Assembly: GCF_964355755.1 (NCBI RefSeq)
Contig: NC_092680.1
Coordinates: forward strand, 22,143,045 to 22,207,044
Length of the DNA stretch: 64,000 bases
Reading direction: 5' to 3'
Source: Antedon mediterranea
Taxonomy: Eukaryota; Animalia; Echinodermata
A program made the position numbers and the translations under genes. The stretch's first letter is position 1, and every line of letters starts with the position of its first letter. The notes under the pieces were generated by a model. The model worked only from the letters and a program-made list of their open reading frames with translations. It was not told the DNA's origin and did no database searches. Shown in pieces: positions 39,652 to 50,300 of the stretch.

Positions 39652-40159
39652 AGATGTATTGTCCCTTTATTAATTCCAAAAAAATTTAAAAAAAAAGATT
39701 TCGAAACATAATCATAATAGTTATTAACTTTCACCAAAAATTAGTAAAAAAAATTTAGCTGAAATACAGACTTTTTTTGTTCAAAAAATAACTTTGACTT
39801 CCAGTCAAAGTTTTCGATCAAAACATATCTCATAATGCAACGCGCTTGTTTGGCTACTTTGTATGCATAATCATAAAACTTCCTCGCAATGTGTGAAAAC
39901 ACCTTCTCAACCGTGACGAGTTGTAAACAATCCTAATTAGCATCAGGCATAATGCATACCCGTGGTTTGAAATCTCTGTTTACTTTTGCTCGCGACAATT
40001 TGTAATCAAATTAATTTACCTGTTAATTACGTAAACTTGTTGTTTTTGGCTCTAATTTTCGACTTAAAGTGAATAACTTTAATATTACTTTGATATGGCC
40101 AATTTAAATTTAGAATATTTTGATCTTCATTTTTTTGTGTTTCAGGGGACAATACATCT
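39652..40159. mobile_element. Non-autonomous TTAA-type (Kolobok/piggyBac-like) element, intact copy
   Basis: ttaa-agatgtattgtccc...gggacaatacatct-ttaa. Confidence 0.85.
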
Positions 40160-40839
40160 TTAACACTATCTGCCTATATGTCTCGCACAATCATAAATCC
40201 CTCAATATTGACAAACCAATGAATATTCTGATGGGTTTAGAGAAAATGTTGGTGAATAGAAATTTGTATAAATAGTATCTATATTATTATTATTATTATA
40301 TTTAATTAAAGTGTATTACATTTATAATTGTTTTCGAGAGTATATTATTTCCACCACACCAATCAAAATAGTAAATTTTGTCACTGCAAAGTAGTCAATG
40401 TAGAACGGTCAACAGCATGTACTGTAGTAACGGAAATTGCCTCACAGCAAATGTAGGAAATAATATTTTACAAATGTATGTACCTGTATGGCCATACATA
40501 GTAAGCAACCACTTTATTATTTGTTTCATATAATTTAAAATCATGTAAAGTGCTATTTTTCGGGCAGGAACCTATAGCAGCTCTATTGGCTCACCCCCAA
40601 GCATGGTGGGAGTACAAAATATAGGTGTCATTTCCGGGGACCTTGCAGCTCTATTTTAAACAGTTTGGTATGCCGTGCGTTGTTATGCAAATGAGTTTGT
40701 GCAGGTGTAGTGAAGTTGGTATTGTTAGTCATTGCGGTCAACACGCCACACTGTTAAATTTTGATGTTGTTAATCGTTATGAAATTCAAATCATGTAAAG
40801 AAACAATTTTCCGGACGGGAACCCAGCAGCTTCCCTCGC

Positions 40840-41085
40840 TTAGTTTGCAAAAGTAATCTCGTAAAGAAGTCCATCTGGAAAAGAAGCCCACCCAAGAGTA
40901 CTAAAATGAAGTAATGGTAAATGGGCCGAATAAAAAAGAGACGAATGCTGAAAGAGCCGAACGTAATGGTAAATGGGCCAAATAGAAATGCGCCGAATGC
41001 TGAAAGAGCCGAACGTAATGGTAAATGGGCCGAATAGAAATGCGCCGAATGGTAAAAGAGCCGAACGTAATGGTAAAAAAGCAGA
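40840..41085. repeat. Dispersed repeat with internal (g)ccgaatggtaaa subrepeats
   Basis: About 52-bp subunits, related to 24380-24435. The aaagaagcccatct motif is shared with 49150-49545. Confidence 0.55.
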
Positions 41086-41138
41086 ATAGAATTAAAGTTT
41101 GCTGCCGGAGTACATGTCACGTGATGGGACATGTACTA

Positions 41139-41360
41139 ATAATTAAGTGGCGGCCGCCAGATAATTAAGTGGCGGCCGCCAGATAATTAAGTGGCGGCCG
41201 CCAGATAATTAAGTGGCGGCCGTCAGATAATTAAGTGGCGGCCGCCAGATAATTAAGTGGCGGCCGCCAGATAATTAAGTGGCGGCCGCCAGATAATTAA
41301 GTGGCGGCCGCCAGATAATTAAGTGGCGGCCGCCAGATAATTAAGTGGCGGCCGCCTGAT
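41139..41360. repeat. 22-bp minisatellite, 10 copies, with palindromic tggcggccgcca core
   Basis: Unit ataattaagtggcggccgccag. Confidence 0.93.
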
Positions 41361-41787
41361 AACAGCTTTTAAAATATAGTTAACTTGTGGCCCGAACGGG
41401 CTTCCGTACCATACAACTTGTTTCTGATTTACAGCTCACTATGTCGGTTGATGGTCGGTAAACACTAATTCAAATCAAGGACTTACGAAAGTTGGAAAAA
41501 CTCTCGAAAAATCCGTAAAAGCAGCAGCTGATATGAACTACTTCAAAAATTGTAAAACATTCGACGTATTTCCAAAATGTATAAAAAAAAAATAATATTG
41601 ATTTTCCATTGAAAAAAAAATATCCGTAGAGGTTCGAACCCACTCTAGAGCTTAGAGCACTTAAACCTGAGCATTACAAAGTACATGACTAATCAGCTGA
41701 TAACAGTCTATTTATATACGTGTATTACGTAATTCATCATTACGTCATAAATATAGGCCTACATATTAACCTTGTTCAAAGCAAGAT

Positions 41788-41859
41788 GACTGGTTAGCTC
41801 AGGCGACTGAGCGTCGTGTTAATACACGATTGTCGTGGGTTCGATTCCCACGCTGGTCG
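41788..41859 (+). pseudogene. tRNA-Ile(AAT)-like element (tRNA pseudogene or SINE head)
   Basis: gactggt-ta-gctc aggcgact gagc-g-tcgtg ttaata cacga-ttgtc-gtggg ttcgatt cccac-gctggtc-g. A and B boxes present and the cloverleaf is retained, but the anticodon loop is 6 nt and the D-loop GG is atypical. Confidence 0.65.
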
Positions 41860-41905
41860 GTGGAATAGAGTTAAAGCTATTTTAACGTATAATTATCATA
41901 TTATA

Positions 41906-42581
41906 CGGTTGTAAAAAGATGAGCAAAAAAGCTATGCCTCGTTTACACAGAAGAGTATACGGGTGACCAATCTGTAAGAGATAATTCTATTACTGGTGCT
42001 CCTATCAAGAGCGGTTGTAAAAAGATGAGCAAAAAGCTACCATGCCTCGTTTACACAGAAGAGTATACGGGTGACCAATCTGTATGGGATAATTCTATTA
42101 CTGGTGCTCCTATCAAGAGCGGTTGTAAAAAGATGAGGAAAAAAGCTACCATGCCTCGTTTACACAGAAGAGTATACGGGTGACCAATCTGTATGGGATA
42201 ATCCTATTACTGGTGCTCCTATCAAGAGCGGTTGTAAAAAGATGAGCAAAAAGCTACCATGCCTCGTTTACACAGAAGAGTATACGGGTGACCATTCAGT
42301 ATGGGATAATTCTATTACTGGTGCTCCTATCAAGAGCGGTTGTAAAAAAATGAGCAAAAAGCTACCATGCCTCGTTTACACAGAAGAGTATATGGGTGAC
42401 CAATCTGTATGGGATAATTCTATTACTGGTGCTCCTATCAAGAGCGGTTGTAAAAAGATGAGCAAAAAAGCTATCATGCCTCGTTTACACAGAAGAGTAT
42501 ATGGGTGACCAATCTGTATGGGATAATTCTATTACTGGTGCTCCTATCAAGAGCGGTTGTAAAAAGATGAGCAAAAAGCTA
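41906..42581. repeat. About 108-bp minisatellite, about 6.3 copies
   Basis: Unit cggttgtaaaaagatgagcaaaaagctaccatgcctcgtttacacagaagagtatacgggtgaccaatctgtatgggataattctattactggtgctcctatcaagag. Confidence 0.92.
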
Positions 42582-43159
42582 GAAAGGATCCTGACGTAGT
42601 GGGCAAAGATCATGTCACCCCAAAATATATACTAGTAGTAGACCTATAATTAGAAATTGTGTCAAGAACAGAATGGTTGGAACTGTTTGAGATAAAGTTA
42701 GGTAAGATTGTAGTTCTTGTGTGTGGCTCAGCATTATTTATAAATTTGTTTATAACCGTCGTGATCGCATGAATTGCATATGAATTGCATGCCTCGCTGG
42801 CTTACACTTTGGCAAAACTCATTTTGTTCTATAATTATATGTATCGAACATAGCGCCCTCTTTGGTCGTAGTACACAGCTGATTGCACAATGTAAATAAC
42901 ATTATGAACAAGCCTGTACAGTATTATTATTGTTTATATTAGGTTACTAAGAACACCTTTTACGAACGATGTCGCCTTGTACTGTCTATTATACATAGAT
43001 ATTTCAAAATAGGCTATAAAAATGTGTAAGTCTGTTAATTTGATTTTTGCAATTAGGTTAGGGCTAGTCTACTATTTGTTAATATAATTTTATAAATACA
43101 GTATAAGGTTTTTCCAGGTTTTAACAATAATCAATCATTTTTTCTGCAAGCTGTTTTAC

Positions 43160-43197
43160 ATATGTACATGGAGTAATTCTTTACTCCATGATATGTA
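43160..43197. mobile_element. 24-bp perfect hairpin with 7-bp target duplication (probable P-superfamily footprint)
   Basis: atatgta-catggagtaa ttct ttactccatg-atatgta. Confidence 0.65.
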
Positions 43198-44787
43198 GTA
43201 CACTGCTGTGTAGTATAGTATAGGCTACCTAGCTAGGCCTAGATAGTAGTAGGCTAGTACTTAGTAATGAGTGTACCACTGACTTTTGTATCTATGTTAT
43301 GTAAGATTTGCACAATTTGAATGTTTTATGTGAATAAGTAATAATAAATGGGGGTGCTGAGTATCTGTCATGACAAGGTCCGGTTTTATTTTGGGGCGCA
43401 GGTTGTATTTTCACGTGCACCTACTGAGATTGTCTATCAAGGCCATAGCAAGAGGTTAAAGATTCTTTAAAAATTAAATACAATTATTGATATAAAATAT
43501 AACCATCTGTGCTGGGAAATTTGGTATAGGTGAAAATTGAAAATGTCAGCAGACGAGTGCCTTGTCTGCCTCATGCTGACTACGGCACCCAGAATGTGTC
43601 CATCAAAACTGATCCAATCTGGACTTCTTTATTTATATACCTGGTTGCCAAAATGAACTGTTTAATTGTCATGAGTTTTGTGCCATGACAGGCAAGTATG
43701 TTGTATATATTATTAATATAATGATCAACCTTGTTAATGTGAAATGAAAATTTGTTGCACAACTTCACATAAATGTATATTTTGACCAAGTTTTAAAATG
43801 TTCTGTTTACTTTTTATTTATTTTTTATTTATTTGCTTTTAGTTTTGAAATAGAAAAATTCTTCTACCATAATTTAACATGATTATTACTTTTATATCCC
43901 GCGATATCCTGTTTTTCTAGTTTTTATACTGATTATAATAAAATTAAAATGTACATTACAATGATCATTGCAAATTACAGTATTGTTGTACAGACAATAT
44001 ACCATACATGTATTTGAAATTGTAAGAGAACGCAAATTGTAGCCTACTCTGTATCAAGTCAATCAATGTAAATTTGTCCATATTATATCCTATTAATTAC
44101 AGGCTATCTCTCTCTGATTGCTTCCATAGTCATAGTTTTATATTCATCAATATCTTATAATTTATTTTTCTCTTCATTTTACACTTACCATCCTTCTACT
44201 TTAGGTTAATACACTTTTTTATCATTATTTATTATTTTGTACATTTTAATGGATTAGACTCATTTTTTATAGATTTGATGGATTTGACACATTTTAACAG
44301 ATTTGTATACGTGTCAAATCCATTAAAAGTATGTAAAATCTTATACCCTCTGTGATTAGACTCATTTTTTTTATAGATTTGACGGATTTGACACATTTTT
44401 AACAGATTTGTATATGTCAAATCCATTAAAAATATGTAAAATCTTATACCCTCTGTATTATTTTTCTTATTTATTTAATTAGCTGGACAGTTGGGAGGTC
44501 TTGCCGCTTTGTGAAATGGTTTTATTTTATTATGAAAACAGTCAATAAGAAAACCAATAGTAACCAGGTATTAATTGTTCATACAGTATTGGAAGTTCTG
44601 TAATTGATTTTCAATTGCCTTTCATTAGAATTTACTCATGCAAATTATCAGTAATACACAAGTTATGTATCATTGCTGCTATGACAACTAAATTAAAGAC
44701 TGATAATACACAGTGTAACTGTAATGGATTTAATTGTTTATTTGGTTATTGGTTCATCTGGTATAGCAAATGATCTTTATTCTCTCT

Positions 44788-46152
44788 TAACGCCCCCATA
44801 GAACATCATTTGGAAAAAATTCCCCACCTCGAATAATGCCCCCATAGAACATCATTTGGAATAAATGCCCCACCTCGAATAACGCCCCCATAGAACATCA
44901 TTTGGAATAAATGCCCCACCTCGAATAACGCCCCCATAGAACATCATTTGGAATAAATGCCCACCTCGAATAACGCCCCAATAGAACATCATTTGGAATA
45001 AATGCCCCACCTCGAATAATTCCCCCATAGAACATCATTTGGAATAAATGCCCCACCTCGAATAACGCCCCCATAGAACATCATTTGGAATAAATGCCCA
45101 CCTCGAATAACGCCCTCATAGAACATCCTTTGGAATAAATGCCCCACCTCGAATAACGCCCCCATAGAACATCATTTGGAATAAATGCCCCACCTCGAAT
45201 AACACCCCATAGAACATCATTTGGAATAAATGCCCCACCTCGAATAACGCCCCCATAGAACATCATTTGGAATAAATGCCCCACCTCGAATAACGCCCCC
45301 ATAGAACATCATTTGGAATAAATGCCCACCTCGAATAACGCCCCAATAGAACATCATTTGGAATAAATGCCCCACCTCGAATAATTCCCCCATAGAACAT
45401 CATTTGGAATAAATGCCCCACCTCGAATAACGCCCCCATAGAACATCATTTGGAATAAATGCCCACCTCGAATAACGCCCTCATAGAACATCATTTGGAA
45501 TAAATGCCCCAGCTCTAATAACGCCCCCATAGAACATCATTTGGAATAAATGCCCCACCTCTAATAATGCCCCCATAGGACATCATTTGGAATAAATGCC
45601 CCACCTCTAATAACGCCCCAATAGAACATCATTTGGAATAAATGCCCCACCTCTAATAACGTCCCCATAGAACATCATTTGGAATAAATGCCCCACCTCG
45701 AATAACGCCCCCATAGAACATCATTTGGAATAAATGCCCCACCTCGAATAACACCCCCATAGAACATCATTTGGAATAAATGCCCCACCTCGAATAACGC
45801 CCCCATAGAACATCATTTGGAATAAATGCCCCAGCTCGAATAACGCCCCCATAGAACATCATTTGGAATAAATGCCCCACCTCGAATAACGCCCCCATAG
45901 AACATCATTTGGAATAAATGCCCCACCTCGAATAATGCCCCATAGAACATCCTTTGGAATAAATGCCCCACCTCGAATAACGCCCCCATAGAACATCATT
46001 TGGAATAAATGCCCCACCTCGAATAACACCCCATAGAACATTATTTGGAATAAATGCCCCACCTCTAATAACGCCCCAATAGAACATCATTTGGAATAAA
46101 TGCCCCACCTCTAATAATGCCCCCATAGAACATCATTTGGAATAAATGCCCC
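44788..46152. repeat. 45-46-bp minisatellite, about 30 copies
   Basis: Unit aataacgcccccatagaacatcatttggaataaatgccccacctcg. Confidence 0.93.
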
Positions 46153-46733
46153 GTCACATGCATAACACAATATTGTATTCATTTCTATTTGTAGTAGAAT
46201 TCATTGATGGACATAAGATAAGATAAATTTATTGAACAAACGCTTTTGTATCAGCAGGACACGTTTATAAGACGGTGCGTTCATTTACAAGGCAATGTGA
46301 AAACAAAAAGAAAAGTATCAAAAAATAACATTTAAGTCTTAACTAAGAAGCGAATTATACAAGTAAAATGAAATAGTAAAAACAAGGTAATCTTACAGAT
46401 CGAACAATACTTAACCTATATGATGGAGTTAATGTTATTATCTATTTATTATCAGTATTATTATGTTCAAGTTTAAAGCGAATATACTATCATTATTATT
46501 ACTAAAAAAAAAATATATATATAATTGCTAATTGATTTTATGATACTGTTATTATTAAAATAAATGCAACTGTTATATGATTATTTGTTCTTATTATATT
46601 TAATTTTAATAGTTATTTGTAATTTAATTAAACGTGATACTAGTTTTATTATACTATTTAGTCTTATTTTTAGTACTGTATTATTTATTTATTTTATTTA
46701 GATTTAGGTTACATTATATAATTTTGAAGGAAG

Positions 46734-46765
<32 letters not shown>

Positions 46766-47391
46766 AAATATAATATATTATTGAATTAGATAAATGGTAA
46801 AATAAATGTTAGTAGATAATATGGTGGGCGGTAAATATTTATATATTATATATTAAGTGTAGTCTTTCTATGTCTCCATGCAGCAGTTAAGTATTGTTTA
46901 CAGTGATAGTCTACAATTTCACCTATTCTCTCAAATGGAAATTCTAAATAAAGGTTATCAAGTAAAATATGATGTTGGTATTCGATTGTACCACTTCTAA
47001 AATTCTCCCAGACATGATCTACAGTTTTTCAAGCATTTTAAACAACTTTTTCCAGTAGTTTATCACTTCTTGATATTAATTGTGTTGTATTTTTTCATAT
47101 TTAGGAGTGTTTATTTATGTTACCATATTACACCGAAAGAAATAAACGCCACCACCAAATAAATGCCTCCCCCTGGGCATTTACTAAAAAAAATATATTA
47201 TCAATAATACAATTTGATCTATCTACAAAAACACATACAGTGAATAGGCTTATCATTTAAACTGTTTACAGTCATATTTAATAAGTTTGAAATTTAACAG
47301 TAATTGTTTTAAATATGTTACTATTCAAGCAAGCTCAATTTATTGTTTCTGTTTTCCAGGATGACAACTGATCAACTCAAATTATAACAAA

Positions 47392-50300
47392 ATGTATCAA
47401 CCAATACCACCAGGTAAGGCCAAGAAGATCAAATTCTTCAAGAGTGGGGACAGTAATTTTGGAGGATTACAGTTAGCTGTATCAAAAAGGAAATATGGAA
47501 GTTTTGATGGACTACTTAATGACTTGACTACTAAAGTGTCCTTGCCCTATGGAGTAAGAACCATTCATACACCAGGTGGTATCCACGGAGTTCATTCATT
47601 GGAAGATTTTGAAGATGGCAAGTCATATGTTGTGTCATCCAGTCGCAAGAAAAAACCAATGGACTTAGGTCGTGTACATAAACCGAGAGCATGGCATAAT
47701 TCTCGGCTTATGTCACCACAAGAGTCCATACTTAAGGGTAGTCCTACAAGGTCTCTCAGTCCCCGGAGTTCTCCAGATCGAACTGATGGTAAACAAGATC
47801 AAAGTCCTACTAGATTACCGCGAACGCCAAAGAAAATTATGGTAATGAGGAATGGAGATGTACATACAAAGCATATGATGCTAATGAATAGAAGAACAGC
47901 ACAGTCATTTGAAGATGTACTTGCTGATATCAGCGACATATTTAAGACTCCAGTAAAAAAGCTATATTCTTCTGAAGGAATGAAGGTAAGTCTTATACTG
48001 TAACCTAATACAACAAGCAACAGAAAGATAAAAACAGGTGTTAGACGAATGGAAGCTGCTTCTAAATCATGCTTAGGCAAAGAAACCTCTAAGATAAGAT
48101 TTTTTTATTTTGATTTAGAATAAAGAATCTATTTCACTCTTGAGAAGGACAGTGAATGTAATGGGTATTCTGTCATGTTTGTTTGCAGAATATGAGATGG
48201 GCCTTCAATTTTGGAAACAATTCTGACTAGGGTTACAATTAAGCACATAATAATATTATGCATTGAAATATTAAATAACAAATGTATTAAACTATAAATG
48301 CGTTACCTACAGTTACCAAAAGGCAATAAAAACTTGCTTAATGTGATGGTTTATTTCATAGCATCATATTTGCCAGCAAAGTGCCAATTAGTGTTAATGT
48401 AGAATTTTTGCAGTATTAAACCTTAATACCTTCTATTCATTTGCAATTCCTTACTAAGGTTTTACAGCTATAGTGCAAGTTAATAAAAGTGCAACCAAGA
48501 AAGCCTTCATTCATTTTAACTGCATTTTACTTGATTAAAGTAAATTAGCATGATCATGTCATTTCAATTTCTTTTGTTACTTAAACTATAATACTGTATC
48601 TTGAAATAATTTCATTTGGATCATAATATTAAAGAAGAGAATTTTTGTTTTTTTATGATACTTACAACAAGGTTTCGCAAACATTCAGTTTGTAATGTTT
48701 GCAAACGTTGTTGTAAGTACCATTTTTAGTCCTTTAATCCAACCAACAGTATTCAACAACCCTTGACTCATGATATTAAATTCTGTACATTGCAATATCA
48801 TCCTGGCCTCTAATACAATTACATCATTGTGAAAAAAGATATACTGTAAGTGTTGACATTTTAAAAAGTGTTTGAATTGAGAAAAATTCCCTTCAATATT
48901 AATTTGCTTTCCTATAAATCATGTACCAGTGCACAGATATTAACCCCACACACCCCCTAAAAAGTTAAAATTTATTTTAATGTACTGTATGTCATCTTGA
49001 CAAACAACACATTGGAAATATTAAAATTGATAAAATAGTAGAAAGACCAAAACATCCCTCTCCATAGAAAAAAAATTATAGATCAATCCAGTATAGCCTA
49101 AAAAAAACAAATAGATTTGTAGAAATTAATTAATATACCACAAAACCTTGAAAAGAATCCCATCTCTGTGGTTTGCAAAAGTAATCATGAAAAGAAGCCC
49201 ATCTCTAAAAGAAGCCCATCTCGAATTCAAGCCCACTGGGCTTCTTATCAAGATAGACGTCTGTATTATTATTATCGAAAAAATCAAGCTTCATATATTT
49301 ATTCTAAAATTTATTATTTTCCAAATGGTACTTTGAATGCATCTTGTATCTTCTGATTCCTTGTAAAATTAGCAGGTAAAGTCTAAAAAAAACCATATTA
49401 TTATTGTAGACTTACCAATTCACAAAATTTACAGCATTATTTCCAATGGAAATGCTCCTTCTTCAGTTTGCAAAAGTAATCTCGAAAAGAAGCCCATCTT
49501 GAAAAGAAGCCCATCTCGAAAAGAAGTCCACCAAAGAGTCCTAAAAAAGGGCTACTTTTTTTACAGTAAACCACATTATTTGTATTTGTTGTATTTCACT
49601 TCAAAAGGCAATACAAAAATATTTCAAATGAATTATAGAAATGTGGTTTTTTAGTGACTTTGTTAATTTCACAGATTGAGAGTCTTTCTGGATTATTTAA
49701 TGGGCCAGAGCTTTTTGTTGCTGCCAAGTTGAATGAGAAATTCAAATCTCAAAACTACATAGACAACTCCCCTTTTAAATATGGGCGTCCTCGAAATAAA
49801 CTTAGACGGAAATCAGAAGATTTTACAGATCAACCACCTGCAAAGATTTCTAAGAAATCCCGTAAGTAATATTTTGATACATTTTCAAACTACATAGACA
49901 ACTCCCCTTTTAAATATGGGCGTCCTCGGAAGAAGCACATGTAAAATGGAGGTACTCTAGTTTTTGCCAAAGAGAGCAGTTATAGACAGCACACACTATA
50001 TGTTTTGATTTGCTCACATTATTATTCTTATTCAGCAGCCTTTTACATTGACCAAAATTAATGCAATTAGTACCTTCATTTGTTGACAATACAATGCCAT
50101 GAATACAAATGCTTGTATTTTTTTACTTTGGTTATGAAAGTAAACTTACTTTTTGTGCTATGGTTCGACTACCTGCATTGGTAGCATGGTTTATCCAAAG
50201 TAAGAATTAAATACAAACAATTTTTAAACCAGATGTTATTTTCTTCTAAGGTGGAAGGTGGAAAGTTTCTTTTTATACAAATGACAATCCAGCATCTTCT

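Noticed and set aside
41788-41859. Functional tRNA-Ile gene
   Set aside because: 6-nt anticodon loop, atypical D-loop, several G-U pairs in the acceptor stem and no immediate poly-T terminator.
42242-42508. Repetitive 36-aa ORF as an upstream RP1 exon
   Set aside because: Neighbouring units carry frameshifting indels and no clear splice sites were found.
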